A stretch of DNA of 64,000 nucleotides from positions 437 to 64,436 of the forward strand of contig CAMZNU010000020.1 of NCBI GenBank assembly GCA_947313885.1, given 5' to 3'. The notes below the pieces were generated by a model. It ran no database searches and was not told the DNA's origin. It saw only the letters and a program-made list of their open reading frames with translations. Position 1 is the stretch's first letter. Every line of letters begins with the position of its first letter. The translations under genes were made by a program, and so were the position numbers. Below, one piece after another: positions 8,381 through 19,794 of the stretch. Origin of the DNA: an uncultured Clostridia bacterium. Its GTDB lineage: Bacteria; Bacillota; Clostridia; Lachnospirales; CAMZNU01.

Positions 8381-9640
8381 ATGTTAATTAAAAATGCTAA
8401 ACTTAGAAACCTTAACCACTCTGTCGACATTTTAATAGAAGGTGATGTTATAAAAGAAATTTCACCTTCTATTATTTCTAGCGACTCTAATATAATCAAT
8501 GCTAATAATAATTTAGTATTAGAACCTTTTATAGAACCTCATGTTCATCTTGATACTGCCCTTAGCGCTGGGCAACCACGTTGGAATAAAAGTGGTACTC
8601 TTTTTGAAGGTATTGAATGCTGGAGTGAAAAAAAAGAAACTCTTACTTATGATGATGTTAAAAAAAGAAGTAAAAAAGCTTTGGAATGGCAAATAGCTAA
8701 CGGTATTCAATGGGTACGTACTCATGTTGATATTACTGACCCTACTTTTACCGCTCTAAAAGTTTTATTAGAACTAAAAGAAGAAATGAAGCAATTCGTA
8801 AATATTCAAATAGTAGCATTCCCTCAAGAAGGAATATTATCTTTTCCTAATGGTTTGAAGCTTCTTGAAGATGCTTTAATATTAGGTGCTGACGTCATAG
8901 GTGGTATACCTCATTTTGAATATACTAGAGACCTTGGCGTACAATCTATTAAAGAAATTGTTAAACTCGCAATTAAATACGATAAATTAATTGACGTTCA
9001 TTGTGATGAAATTGATGATGAACAATCTAGATTTTTAGAAGTGTTAGCTACAGAAGCACTTTTTAATAACATAGGTACGAAAGTAACAGCTAGCCACACT
9101 ACTGCTATGGGTTCATATAATGACCCATACACTTACAAACTTTTTAGGCTACTTCGTAAATCAAACATTAATTTCATTTCTAACCCCCTTGTAAATATTC
9201 ACTTAGGTGGTAGATTTGATAGTTATCCTAAACGACGTGGTTTAACTCGCGTTAAAGAACTTGATCAAGATAATATTAATGTATGCTTTGGACACGATGA
9301 TATTTTTGACCCCTGGTATCCTCTTGGTAACGGTAACATGTTGCAAGTTCTTCACATGGGATTACATGTATCTCATATGATGGGTTATGATGATATTTCT
9401 AATTGTCTAGACTTTATTACCTGCAACAGTGCTAAAACTTTACACTTAGGCGATGAATATAAATTGAAAGTTGGCAATAAAGCTAATTTAATTATTCTTA
9501 GTGAACAAAATGATTATGATGCCGTTAAATTACAAGCTTCTGTTTTATTTTCTATAAAAAATGGAGTGGTTATTTCTAAATCAACACCTAAGCAATCTTA
9601 TATATTTACAACTAATAAAAAATTTATTGACTTTAAATAA
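8381..9640 (+). CDS. codA: Cytosine deaminase (amidohydrolase superfamily)
   Basis: The block [30 protein letters not shown] closely resembles the remembered E. coli CodA N-terminal block. HCDE and GHDD metal-ligand motifs are present. Confidence 0.85.
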   Translation: MLIKNAKLRNLNHSVDILIEGDVIKEISPSIISSDSNIINANNNLVLEPFIEPHVHLDTALSAGQPRWNKSGTLFEGIECWSEKKETLTYDDVKKRSKKALEWQIANGIQWVRTHVDITDPTFTALKVLLELKEEMKQFVNIQIVAFPQEGILSFPNGLKLLEDALILGADVIGGIPHFEYTRDLGVQSIKEIVKLAIKYDKLIDVHCDEIDDEQSRFLEVLATEALFNNIGTKVTASHTTAMGSYNDPYTYKLFRLLRKSNINFISNPLVNIHLGGRFDSYPKRRGLTRVKELDQDNINVCFGHDDIFDPWYPLGNGNMLQVLHMGLHVSHMMGYDDISNCLDFITCNSAKTLHLGDEYKLKVGNKANLIILSEQNDYDAVKLQASVLFSIKNGVVISKSTPKQSYIFTTNKKFIDFK

Positions 9641-9699
9641 TAGTATTGTTATATTTTTTTATATACATTAATACATATATATTTAAAAAGGAGATTTTT

Positions 9700-10401
9700 A
9701 TGGATTTTAAAAAGTACTCAGACAAAATATTAAAAGGTGGTTTTTCACTTATAATATTTACTATTTTAATTACTAATGCAATAACTTTTGTACTCGGTCG
9801 TGGTTTTCATACTATCGACACTTTAGTTATGACTATTTTATTTTTAACAGCTTATTTATATAGCGAAAAATTATTTATAAATAAAGCTAGTATGGTTCCA
9901 CCATCATTTTTTTACATCTCTATGATTTTTGGATTTTTCTCAACTTTCTTAGGTAGCTATTTAAATTTCTATGAACTTTTTGAATTTTGGGATGATTTAT
10001 TACATTTTATTTCTGGTATATTACTTGGAATACTTTGTATCATTATTATTACATACGTAATTACTAAACGTTTTGGCGTAATTACTAGACCTATTGATAT
10101 TTTAGCTATGGTAGTTTTTGGAGTTCTTATTAGTATTTCTATCGCCGTTTTTTGGGAATTTTATGAATTCGCTTTTGATTATTTATTTGACGGTAATATG
10201 CAACGTAGCATAATCGTAACTGATGTTAATTCCTTTGACTTTACCCCGTACTTAAGACCCTCTGGTAGATTTATGGATCCTGGGCTTCTTGATACTATGG
10301 GTGATTTTTTACAAGCTGTTGCTGGTGCAATATTAGCTGGTGTTTATTGCTATATGCACTTCTCATTAGTCTCATCAACTGTTTCTTATAAAAATAAATA
10401 G
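9700..10401 (+). CDS. Hypothetical integral membrane protein, with the start reassigned to the internal ATG that has an SD sequence.
   Basis: The protein is hydrophobic and multi-TM. AAAGGAG lies 7 nt before the ATG at 9700. The ORF-track start at 9646 has no SD. I did not recognise the family. Confidence 0.55.
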   Translation: MDFKKYSDKILKGGFSLIIFTILITNAITFVLGRGFHTIDTLVMTILFLTAYLYSEKLFINKASMVPPSFFYISMIFGFFSTFLGSYLNFYELFEFWDDLLHFISGILLGILCIIIITYVITKRFGVITRPIDILAMVVFGVLISISIAVFWEFYEFAFDYLFDGNMQRSIIVTDVNSFDFTPYLRPSGRFMDPGLLDTMGDFLQAVAGAILAGVYCYMHFSLVSSTVSYKNK

Positions 10402-10404
10402 TTA

Positions 10405-10444
10405 GCAATAAAAAATGACTCCATTTAGAGTCATTTTTTATTGC
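10405..10444. terminator. Bidirectional intrinsic terminator with a 17-bp perfect stem, between convergent genes.
   Basis: The arms gcaataaaaaatgactc / gagtcattttttattgc were read directly. Confidence 0.8.
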
Positions 10445-10453
10445 TATTTTTTA

Positions 10454-11797
10454 TTATTTACCTAATCCTAATAATCCTGCTTTTGTTATAAAATTCTCTG
10501 GTTTATTGAAATGTGGTAAGAAAAATAAATCTGTTAATGCTAATTTATCTATTGAATAGTGTTCTTGCACTGCCAAACTAAAGAAATGTAATGCTAACGT
10601 TATATCTGTTGTTGATGCCATTTGTGCTCCTAAAATTCTTCTTGAATCTTTATCCCATACTACTTTTAACGTAACTTCATCATTCACTGGCATGAAATCC
10701 GCTTTAATTGTATCTGTTACTTCTACAGAATTTACATTATATCCTAATCTCTTCGCTTCACCTTCTGTTATTCCTGTTGAACATAATGTATCGCCAAATA
10801 TATGTATAGCGTTAGATCCTTGCACTCCTAACATCTCAACATCTGCACCACCTGCATTTAATCCTGCTACTATACCACTTCTTACTGCATTTGTCGCTAG
10901 AGCTATATGTGTGTAATCTTCTACTGCATTGTTATACATCATACCACAATCACCTATTGCATACACATCTTTTACACTAGTTTCAAGTTTTTTATTTGTT
11001 TTAATAGCCCCGTTTCCGTACATTTCTATTTTTCCTTCTAACATATGTGTTCTTGGTTTAAATCCTATACACATAAGTACTAAGTCGGCTTTATAACTAC
11101 CTTTTTCTGTTATTACTGTAGTTACTTTACCATCTTTACCTTTAAATTCTGTTACTCTCTCCCCTATTCTTAAATCAATTCCATTTTCCACTAACTTATC
11201 GTGCATTCTTTTTTGAAACGGCTCGTCATAGTATCTATTTAAAACTTCATAGTCATTTATTAATGTAGTTTTTTTACCTCGCATTTTAAATGCCTCGGCA
11301 AGTTCTACTCCTATATATCCTGCTCCTACTACTACTACATTTTGTATACTTTCATCTTTTATTTTTTCAATAACAGCTTCTGCATTTTGGAATATTTTTG
11401 CATACATTATATTTTCTAAATCATATCCTTTTAATTTTGGTAATATCGGCCATGACCCTATCGCTAAAATTAATTTATCATAACTATCTTCAATATTCTC
11501 ACCTGTTATTACATTTTTTAGAGTTATTTTTTTCTTATCAAAGTCAACTTCCATCATTTCATGATCCATATAAACATTAGCACCTAATTCTTTTAATTCT
11601 TCTGGTGATGAATAAAATAAACCTTCTGATGACGTTATTACATTAGATATCCATAATGCCATACCACATCCTAAAAACGATATATTATTATTTCTATCAT
11701 ATGTCGTAACTTCTGTTGTATCCTTAAAGTTTTGTAAAATTGTTTTTATTGCATATGTTCCTGCATGATTTGCACCTACTACTATTATTTTACTCAT
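10454..11797 (-). CDS. nox: NADH oxidase (Nox/Npr family FAD-dependent pyridine nucleotide-disulfide oxidoreductase)
   Basis: GANHAG and GAGYIG dinucleotide folds are present. The redox-active Cys context SFLGCGMALW is typical of NADH oxidase/peroxidase. Confidence 0.8.
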   Translation of the reverse strand: MSKIIVVGANHAGTYAIKTILQNFKDTTEVTTYDRNNNISFLGCGMALWISNVITSSEGLFYSSPEELKELGANVYMDHEMMEVDFDKKKITLKNVITGENIEDSYDKLILAIGSWPILPKLKGYDLENIMYAKIFQNAEAVIEKIKDESIQNVVVVGAGYIGVELAEAFKMRGKKTTLINDYEVLNRYYDEPFQKRMHDKLVENGIDLRIGERVTEFKGKDGKVTTVITEKGSYKADLVLMCIGFKPRTHMLEGKIEMYGNGAIKTNKKLETSVKDVYAIGDCGMMYNNAVEDYTHIALATNAVRSGIVAGLNAGGADVEMLGVQGSNAIHIFGDTLCSTGITEGEAKRLGYNVNSVEVTDTIKADFMPVNDEVTLKVVWDKDSRRILGAQMASTTDITLALHFFSLAVQEHYSIDKLALTDLFFLPHFNKPENFITKAGLLGLGK

Positions 11798-11972
11798 TAT
11801 TACCTCCTATGCTATATGATTAACTATGTTTATATTTTAACAATTTTTTTATTAATACACTAGTCTTTGTAGCAAAAAATGTAAATTTCATGATAATGAC
11901 TATTGTTTAGATATATGTTTTGTTACTTATTATATTTTTTGATTATTTTATACTAGAAAAATACAACAAAAT

Positions 11973-12022
11973 AAAAGGGATAAAAAAATACTTCTATTAA
12001 GAAGTATTTTTTTATCCCTTTT
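11973..12022 (-). terminator. Intrinsic terminator downstream of alaS, with a 22-bp perfect stem.
   Basis: The arms aaaagggataaaaaaatacttc / gaagtatttttttatccctttt were read directly. Confidence 0.8.
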
Positions 12023-14658
12023 TACTTTAAATCATCTTTTATTATTTCTAAACCTTTTTCTAAAGCCTCATTCTTTTTGTTTAATAAACTTCCGCCACCT
12101 TGTGCCATATTAGGTCGTCCGCCACCTCGACCATCTACAACTTTTGATGCCTCTTTTATAACGTTCCCAGCATGTACTCCTTTTTTAACTAAATCCTCTG
12201 TTACCATGCATAATATATTAACTTTACCTTTATCTTCTGATACGAATAACACTACCGAAGATTTAATTTTATCTTTTATTTTATCCCCTAACTCTTTTAA
12301 TTCATTTATAGTTTTATTTTCTAGCACTTCACTTACTATTTTTACACCGTCTATTTCATTAGCTTTATTTATTAATTCATCTACAATACCCGATGCATTT
12401 TTTGATTTCATTTTTTTAATTTCTTTTTCTAATTCATTATTATTTTCTAGTACGCTTTTTAATTTATTTATTAAGTTGCTTTTATCTGTTTTTAAAATCT
12501 CTCTTACTAATTGTAATTCATCTTCTAAGTTATTAACGTATTGTAACGCTTTGCTTCCTGTTACAGCTTCAATTCTTCTTATACCTGATGAAATACCTGA
12601 TTCACTTATTATTTTAAACGTACCTATACTACTACTGTTTTTTAAATGCGTACCACCGCATAGCTCTATACTATAGTCGCCAACTGATACTACTCTTACA
12701 ACGTCTGAATATTTCTCGCCAAATAATGACATTGCACCCATTTTTTTAGCATCTTCAATATTTTTTTCTACTATGCTAATAGACATAGATTTTAAAATTA
12801 TTTCATTTACTTTTTGTTCTACTAATTTTATTTCCTTACTTGTCATAGGTTCAAAATGATTAAAGTCAAATCTTAGTCTATCTTTTGTAACGTTACTACC
12901 TGCTTGCTCTACATGGTCTCCTAAAACTTCTTTTAAAACTTTATGAAGTATATGTGTCGCCGTATGGTTTCTTGTAACTGATTCTCTTACATCTTCATCT
13001 ACTTCTATTTCTACTTTATCTTTTATATTTAAAGTTCCTTTAACTACTTCGCCTACATGTACAAATTTATCCCCTGCAAATTTTACACAATCTTTAATTT
13101 TAACAGTACATTCATTTGTACATATAATTCCAACATCTCCACATTGTCCACCACTCTCTGCATAAAATGTTGTTCCATCTAAAATTATTGCTACTTCCTC
13201 ACCGTTACATGCATTTTCTACTATTTCACCGTTAACTGTCATAGCTAATATTTTAGATTCGCATTTATTATTTTCATACCCGTCAAATTTTGTACTTATT
13301 AAATTTTTAGCATTGTCAAATCCTGATTTTTCTTTTCCTGTATATGATGTTTCTTTTCTTGCATCTCTTCCACGTTGTTTTTGCTTTTCCATTTCTTCTT
13401 TGAATCCTACTAAATCAATTTTTATCCCTCTATCCTCTAATAACTCTTCCATTACTTCTATAGGAAAACCATAGGTGTCATACATTTTAAATACATCTAC
13501 TCCACTTATTATATTGTCGTTTTCTTCCTTCGCCTTTTTACAAATTTCATTTACTACTTTCATTCCTTGTTCTATAGTTTCATAAAATTTACTTTCTTCT
13601 ACTGTCATTATTTTATTTATGTATTGCTTTTTCTCTTCTAACTCTTCATATGCACCTTTATAAATATTTATTATTTCTTCTACAATTTGCTGAACAAACG
13701 CTTTATTTATATTTAATTTTTTACCATGGGCTATTGCTCTTCTTAATAATTTTCTTAATACATATCCTCGTCCTTCATTAGATGGCATTACTCCATCACT
13801 AACTAAAAACGTACTTGCTTTTACATGGTCGGCTATTATTCTTACTGAAACATCTTTATCTTTATCACTACCATATTCATAATTACCAATTTCACATATT
13901 TTTTTAATTATTTTTTTACTTATGTCTATATCAAATATGTTGTTTTCTCGTTGTAATATAGTGCTTATTCTTTCTAACCCCATGCCTGTATCTACACTTG
14001 GGTTTTCTAATTTCGTCATTTTTCCTTCTGCATCTTTATCAAACTGAATAAATACTAAATTCCAAAATTCTAAATATCTATCACAGTCACACCCAACTCC
14101 ACATGTTTTAGAATCACATCCGTATTCCTCTCCCATATCATAATATAACTCTGTACATGGTCCACACGGTCCTACTCCTATTTCCCAAAAATTATCTTCT
14201 TCTAATCTTGAAATTCTATTTTTAGGTACTCCTATTTTTTTATGCCATATATCATATGTCTCATCGTCTGTTGTATATACTGTTACATACAACTTATCTA
14301 ACGGTAATTTTAATACTTCTGTAACAAACTCCCATGTCCATGGTATTATTTCCTCTTTAAAATAATCTCCAAATGAAAAATTTCCTAACATTTCAAAAAA
14401 TGTACCGTGTCTTGCTGTTTTACCTACGTTTTCTATATCCCCTGTTCTTATACACTTTTGTGCTGTTGTTACCCTTTTTGACGGTGGCTCTTCTATTGCT
14501 AAAAAATAATTTTTCATAGGTGCCATTCCTGCATTTATTAGCAATAAACTTTTATCATTATTTGGTACTAATGAAAAGCTTTTTAATCTTTTATGGTTTT
14601 TTTCTTCAAAAAACTGTAAAAATAATTCTCTTATCTCATTTGCTTTTAAATTTTCCAT
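12022..14658 (-). CDS. alaS: Alanine--tRNA ligase
   Basis: 878 aa with canonical AlaRS blocks (FFEMLGNFSFGDYFK, HTATHILH, CGGTH). Confidence 0.96.
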   Translation of the reverse strand: MENLKANEIRELFLQFFEEKNHKRLKSFSLVPNNDKSLLLINAGMAPMKNYFLAIEEPPSKRVTTAQKCIRTGDIENVGKTARHGTFFEMLGNFSFGDYFKEEIIPWTWEFVTEVLKLPLDKLYVTVYTTDDETYDIWHKKIGVPKNRISRLEEDNFWEIGVGPCGPCTELYYDMGEEYGCDSKTCGVGCDCDRYLEFWNLVFIQFDKDAEGKMTKLENPSVDTGMGLERISTILQRENNIFDIDISKKIIKKICEIGNYEYGSDKDKDVSVRIIADHVKASTFLVSDGVMPSNEGRGYVLRKLLRRAIAHGKKLNINKAFVQQIVEEIINIYKGAYEELEEKKQYINKIMTVEESKFYETIEQGMKVVNEICKKAKEENDNIISGVDVFKMYDTYGFPIEVMEELLEDRGIKIDLVGFKEEMEKQKQRGRDARKETSYTGKEKSGFDNAKNLISTKFDGYENNKCESKILAMTVNGEIVENACNGEEVAIILDGTTFYAESGGQCGDVGIICTNECTVKIKDCVKFAGDKFVHVGEVVKGTLNIKDKVEIEVDEDVRESVTRNHTATHILHKVLKEVLGDHVEQAGSNVTKDRLRFDFNHFEPMTSKEIKLVEQKVNEIILKSMSISIVEKNIEDAKKMGAMSLFGEKYSDVVRVVSVGDYSIELCGGTHLKNSSSIGTFKIISESGISSGIRRIEAVTGSKALQYVNNLEDELQLVREILKTDKSNLINKLKSVLENNNELEKEIKKMKSKNASGIVDELINKANEIDGVKIVSEVLENKTINELKELGDKIKDKIKSSVVLFVSEDKGKVNILCMVTEDLVKKGVHAGNVIKEASKVVDGRGGGRPNMAQGGGSLLNKKNEALEKGLEIIKDDLK

Positions 14659-14675
14659 AAGACTCCTTTATAATT

Positions 14676-16460
14676 TTATTTATCCTCTTCTGTTTTTGTT
14701 ATTTCTATTCCTAATTCTACTAATTGATTTTTCTCCACTTTATTCGGTGCTGATGTAATTAAACATGATGCATCTTTTGTTTTTGGAAATGCTATTACAT
14801 CTCTTATTGATTCCGTATTTGTTAATATCATTATTAATCTATCTAATCCCCATGCCATTCCACCATGTGGTGGCGCTCCATAGCTAAATGCTTCTACAAA
14901 AAATCCAAACTCCTCTTTTATTTCTTCTTCTGTAAATCCTAACGCTTTAAACATCTTCATTTGAACATCTTCATTACTAATTCTTATACTTCCTCCACCT
15001 ACTTCGTATCCATTTACTACTAAATCATATGCTTTTGCTATTGCGTTTTCTTTATCATTTTCTAGTTTTTCTATATGGTCGTCTTTCGGGTGCGTAAACG
15101 GGTGATGTTTTGCATAATATCTATTATCTTCCTCATCAAATTCAAACATTGGAAAGTCCGTTATCCATAAAGCTTTATATTTCTCTCCATTTGCTAAACC
15201 TAATATTTTAGCTACTTCTACTCTTAAATTTCCTAATGCATCAAACACTACATCGTTTTTATCTGCACATAATAAAATTAAATCACCATTTTTAGCATCA
15301 AATGATTTTTTTATTTCTTCTATTTTTTCATTGTCAAAAAACTTACTTATAGTCGTTTTATTTTCACCGTCTTCTGTTATGTTTATCCACGCTAAACCTT
15401 TTGCTCTATAATCTTTAACAAACTTAACTAAAGCATCTATTTTTTTTCTACTAAAATGTTTATTACCATTTTCTATTTTTATCCCTCTTACAGATCCACC
15501 TTCTTTTATAGCATTTTCAAATACTACAAACTCAGAACCTTTAACAACTTCTGTTACATCTACTAATTTCATTCCATAACGTAAATCTGGTTTATCAACC
15601 CCGTATGTCTCCATTGCATCTTTATATGTCATTCTTTGTATTTTATCTTCAAATTCAAAGTTTAATACTTCTTTAAATACTTTTTTTAATAATCTTTCAT
15701 TTACTTCCATTACATCTTCTTCATCTACAAATGACATTTCCATATCTATTTGCGTAAACTCTGGTTGTCTATCCGCTCTTAAATCTTCATCTCTAAAACA
15801 TTTAACTATTTGAAAATATCTATCTATTCCTGATAGCATTAACATTTGTTTAAACAATTGCGGTGACTGTGGTAGTGCATAAAATTCCCCATTACTCACT
15901 CTACTAGGTACTACGTAATCTCTCGCACCTTCTGGTGTACTTTTTGTTAACATCGGTGTTTCTACTTCTGTACATCCCTCTTTTGTTAAAAATTCTCTTA
16001 CTACAGTCATTACTTTATGTCTTGTAAATAATATGTTTTGCATTTTCTCTCTTTTTAAATCAACATATCTATATTTCATTCTTAGTTCTTCATTTACACC
16101 TGTATCCGCCACTTGAAACGGTGGTACTTTTGCCTCTGAAAAAACTTCTAATTCTTTTATTTCTATTTCTATTTCACCTGTTTTCATATCTTTATTTATA
16201 TTTTGAGCATCTCTTTTTACAACTACCCCTTTAATACCTACTACATACTCTCCACGTAAATTTTTAACACTTTCATACAATTCCTTTGCCCCATCATTTT
16301 CATTTACATAACTTTGAATTATTCCCGTTTTATCTCTTAATACTATAAATACCAATTGTCCAAAATCACGTCTTTTATTTACCCATCCCATTAACGTTAC
16401 TTCATCGCCTACTTGATTTACGCCAACTTCTGTACACATATGTGTTCTTTTTAATTTCAT
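14676..16460 (-). CDS. aspS: Aspartate--tRNA ligase
   Basis: 594 aa with class IIb aaRS motifs (FRDEDLRADRQPEFTQID, GGGSIR, GLDRL). Confidence 0.95.
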   Translation of the reverse strand: MKLKRTHMCTEVGVNQVGDEVTLMGWVNKRRDFGQLVFIVLRDKTGIIQSYVNENDGAKELYESVKNLRGEYVVGIKGVVVKRDAQNINKDMKTGEIEIEIKELEVFSEAKVPPFQVADTGVNEELRMKYRYVDLKREKMQNILFTRHKVMTVVREFLTKEGCTEVETPMLTKSTPEGARDYVVPSRVSNGEFYALPQSPQLFKQMLMLSGIDRYFQIVKCFRDEDLRADRQPEFTQIDMEMSFVDEEDVMEVNERLLKKVFKEVLNFEFEDKIQRMTYKDAMETYGVDKPDLRYGMKLVDVTEVVKGSEFVVFENAIKEGGSVRGIKIENGNKHFSRKKIDALVKFVKDYRAKGLAWINITEDGENKTTISKFFDNEKIEEIKKSFDAKNGDLILLCADKNDVVFDALGNLRVEVAKILGLANGEKYKALWITDFPMFEFDEEDNRYYAKHHPFTHPKDDHIEKLENDKENAIAKAYDLVVNGYEVGGGSIRISNEDVQMKMFKALGFTEEEIKEEFGFFVEAFSYGAPPHGGMAWGLDRLIMILTNTESIRDVIAFPKTKDASCLITSAPNKVEKNQLVELGIEITKTEEDK

Positions 16461-16463
16461 TAT

Positions 16464-17720
16464 TTATTCTCCCTTTATTTTCTTTATAAGTGCTTCCGCG
16501 TCGACTAAGCTTATTTCTTCCTCTTTACCTGTATCCATATTTTTTAGTTTTGCTATATTGCTTACAACTTCATTTTCTCCTATTACGATAGAAAATTTTG
16601 CTTTTATTTTGTCCGCAAATTTAAGTTGCTTTTTTATATTTCTATTAGCAATGTCTGTTTCCACTGCAATGCCTTCATTTCTTAATTTAGTTCCTAACTC
16701 AATAGCTTTATATTTTCCCTCATCACCTATAGAACCTATATACACTACATCGCTTTTATTTCTATTTTCTTCATTATCTATTAACAACACCAATCTCTCT
16801 ATTCCTAATCCAAACCCTACAGCTTGTAAGTCAACTCCTGCTAACTCTTTCATTAGGTGGTTATATCTTCCACCTGCACATATCGTTATATTTTTACCGT
16901 TATATTCTGTAGTGAATTCAAATACCGTTTTAGTATAATAATCTAACCCACGAACTAAATTTTTATTTACTACATATTTAATACCTAACTTACTTAAAAT
17001 ATCTTGCAACTTTTTAAAATCATTACTACATTCAACACCTAACTCATCTGTAATTTTAGGGGCATCTTTTAATTCTTCTTGGCAAGTTTCATTTTTACAA
17101 TCAAAAACTCGCATAGGATTTTTAATATATCTTTCCTTACACTCCTCACACAATAATTCAACTTTGTTTTCTAAGTATTTTTGTAACGTGTCGTTAAATT
17201 TACTTCGACATTCCTTATCTCCTAAACTGTTTATTTCCAATGTTATATTTTTTATATCTAAGCTTTTTAAAAATTCATACCCAAATTGTATTACTTCGAC
17301 GTCTCCATATACTGATGGTGTCCCTATATATTCAATGCCTAATTGGTGGAACTGTCTTTGTCTTCCTGATTCTGGTTTTTCATATCTAAAACATGGTGTT
17401 ACATAAAAAAGTTTTTGCGGTAATTCCTTTGTATTCATTTTATTTTCTACAAACGCTCTTGCAACTCCTGCTGTACCTTCTGGTTTTAATGTTAAGCTTC
17501 TTCCTCTTTTATCGTATAACGTATACATTTCTTTTGTCACTATGTCCGAACTCTCCCCTGTAGCTCTTACAAATATTTCTGTATGTTCAAACATCGGCGT
17601 TCTTATTTCTTTTACTCTATACTTATTTGTAATGTCTCTTATTTTAGATTCTATTACGTGCCACACTTCCATTTTTTCACCGTATATATCTACAGTTCCT
17701 CTAGGTGCTTTATTTAACAT
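16464..17720 (-). CDS. hisS: Histidine--tRNA ligase
   Basis: 418 aa with HisRS motifs (RYEKPESGRQRQFHQ, GGRYN, GFGLGIERL). Confidence 0.95.
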   Translation of the reverse strand: MLNKAPRGTVDIYGEKMEVWHVIESKIRDITNKYRVKEIRTPMFEHTEIFVRATGESSDIVTKEMYTLYDKRGRSLTLKPEGTAGVARAFVENKMNTKELPQKLFYVTPCFRYEKPESGRQRQFHQLGIEYIGTPSVYGDVEVIQFGYEFLKSLDIKNITLEINSLGDKECRSKFNDTLQKYLENKVELLCEECKERYIKNPMRVFDCKNETCQEELKDAPKITDELGVECSNDFKKLQDILSKLGIKYVVNKNLVRGLDYYTKTVFEFTTEYNGKNITICAGGRYNHLMKELAGVDLQAVGFGLGIERLVLLIDNEENRNKSDVVYIGSIGDEGKYKAIELGTKLRNEGIAVETDIANRNIKKQLKFADKIKAKFSIVIGENEVVSNIAKLKNMDTGKEEEISLVDAEALIKKIKGE

Positions 17721-19137
17721 TAGACATCTTCCTCTCTACTATCTCATCAAATCTATCAATATATTCCTCTACGCCTTTAAAATTAAAAATACTTTTTATT
17801 TCTTTTTTACCTTTTTTTATTATTTTACTTGTAGCCCCTGCTCCAACTCCTATAATTATTTCATTTTCTTCCATTATATGAATGTTATAGTAGCTATATT
17901 TTTTGTTCTTTCCATAACCGATATTTTCTAAATTCCCTACCATATTTTTTTGTCTGTATAAATAATATGGTTCATAATCCGTTTTTTCTAGTATGTCACT
18001 TACTTTTTTCATCATTTTTTTTACTGTTTCATCTTCTTTTCTACTTATAGTTTCTACACTTTCTTTTAAATGTGAACCTTTTTTTATTGCTAACGTATGA
18101 ACTGTTATATTATCTGGTGACAAATCTATTATTTCATTAATAGTTTTTTCTACATCACATACTTGTTCATCTTCTAGTCCTAATATAATATCTACATTAA
18201 TATTTTCAAATGATATACTTTGTGCTAACTTATAAATTTTTATAAATTCTTCTTTTGTATGTGTTCTACCGATTTTTTTTAATGTTTCATTTTTAAACGT
18301 TTGGGCATTTATTGATATTCTAGTTGTTCCATATTTTTTCATAATATTTAACTTTTCTTCATTAATAGTATCAACACGTCCTGCCTCTATTGTATACTCT
18401 TTTAATTTTTTTACATTAAATTCATTGTCTAAAAATTTTAATAGCATTTCTAATTGTTCTTCATTTAATGACGTTGGTGTACCGCCACCTATATATATTG
18501 ATCTTAAAGTTTTTTTACTTAAAATATTTTTCACTATTTTTATTTCTTCCATTAAATACTCTAAATACTTAACTACTTTATTTTCTCTATCATATTTTTT
18601 ATACATAAAAGCCGTAAAACTACAGTAACTACATCTACTAGGACAAAATGGTATGTTTATATATAAACTATAATATGTCTCATCTTCTTCACTTACTATT
18701 TCTAATTGATTATTTACTGTTTTTAACAACAGATCTATTTTTTCATCTGCTACATAAAATTTCTTGAAATGTTTTTTTACTTCGGCTTTAGATTTACCCA
18801 TTTTTAAAAGTCGCACTACTTCTTTTGTCGGTCTTATACCTGTTAACATTCCCCACTTCGGTTTTATCTCTGTAAAGTTTTCTAATGTCTCATAAATAAC
18901 CTTTTTTATTTCATATTTAATTTCATCATTATTTTTTATTTCTACCTTTTTTTTAAGTTGTTCTTTTCTATATTCGAAAATTTTAACTTCTATATTCCTT
19001 GTACCTACTTTTATTTCAATAGCTATATCATCATTTTCTATTAATTGTATTTTTTCAAACTTAAGATTTTTAAAAAATATTTGGACAACACTTTTTATTT
19101 CATAATCATACTTATCATTCTCTAATAAAAAGTACAT
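17710..19137 (-). CDS. hemZ: Radical SAM coproporphyrinogen-dehydrogenase-like protein (HemZ/HemN family)
   Basis: It has a CxxxCxxC cluster motif (CPSRCSYCSF) and a HemN-like length and architecture. It overlaps the hisS start by 11 nt. Confidence 0.75.
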   Translation of the reverse strand: MYFLLENDKYDYEIKSVVQIFFKNLKFEKIQLIENDDIAIEIKVGTRNIEVKIFEYRKEQLKKKVEIKNNDEIKYEIKKVIYETLENFTEIKPKWGMLTGIRPTKEVVRLLKMGKSKAEVKKHFKKFYVADEKIDLLLKTVNNQLEIVSEEDETYYSLYINIPFCPSRCSYCSFTAFMYKKYDRENKVVKYLEYLMEEIKIVKNILSKKTLRSIYIGGGTPTSLNEEQLEMLLKFLDNEFNVKKLKEYTIEAGRVDTINEEKLNIMKKYGTTRISINAQTFKNETLKKIGRTHTKEEFIKIYKLAQSISFENINVDIILGLEDEQVCDVEKTINEIIDLSPDNITVHTLAIKKGSHLKESVETISRKEDETVKKMMKKVSDILEKTDYEPYYLYRQKNMVGNLENIGYGKNKKYSYYNIHIMEENEIIIGVGAGATSKIIKKGKKEIKSIFNFKGVEEYIDRFDEIVERKMSNVK

Positions 19138-19794
19138 TTATTTCACCAACGCTAATGCATTTAAATTATTTTGTTTCTCATAACCTATAGTTGTGCTAAA
19201 CATATGCCCTGGATACACTTTTATATTGTCATCTAATTTAAATATTTTAATAATACTTCTTTTTAAATCACCTTCATTACTTGTTGGTAGATCGCTTCTA
19301 CCAATATTACCTTTAAATAATGTATCTCCTGTAAATAAAATTTTATTTTCTTCATCTAAATAACATGCACAACCTTTTGTATGTCCTGGTGTAAATATTG
19401 TTTTTATTTTAAAGCCTTTGAACTCTATTACTTCATCATCTTTTAATAAAACGCTTGGTGTTATTTGCACACTACTAACACCTTTATCACCTCGTACTCC
19501 TGATAAATTTATATCTGGATTTTCTAATACAAACTTTTCTTCCTTATGAGCATATATTTTAGCTTTTGTAAATTCCTTAACTTCCTTTACTGCTAATATG
19601 TGATCATAATGCCCGTGTGTTAAAAATATACCTTTTATATTTAATTGTTTTTCTTTTATAAATTCTATTATTCTACTTCCGTAATCCCCTGGATCTATTA
19701 TTATTCCTTCTTTACTTTCTTCGTTAAAATATATATATACATTTTCTGTAGTGTGTCTAATTTCTATTTTCTTTAACTTCATTTTTTCTCCCAC
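19138..19794 (-). CDS. MBL-fold metallo-hydrolase, paralogue 2
   Basis: It has the THGHYDH motif and the TPGHT and GD..F blocks. Confidence 0.8.
   Translation of the reverse strand: MGEKMKLKKIEIRHTTENVYIYFNEESKEGIIIDPGDYGSRIIEFIKEKQLNIKGIFLTHGHYDHILAVKEVKEFTKAKIYAHKEEKFVLENPDINLSGVRGDKGVSSVQITPSVLLKDDEVIEFKGFKIKTIFTPGHTKGCACYLDEENKILFTGDTLFKGNIGRSDLPTSNEGDLKRSIIKIFKLDDNIKVYPGHMFSTTIGYEKQNNLNALALVK

Noticed and set aside
12077-12676. Long antisense ORFs inside alaS, hisS, the RND pump gene, addA, pnp, the GntP gene and others (for example 12077-12676, 24315-24905, 30685-31380, 44895-45821, 51946-52680).
   Set aside because: All lie opposite confidently identified genes. They have low-complexity composition and no SD sequences, which is typical of shadow frames in AT-rich genomes.
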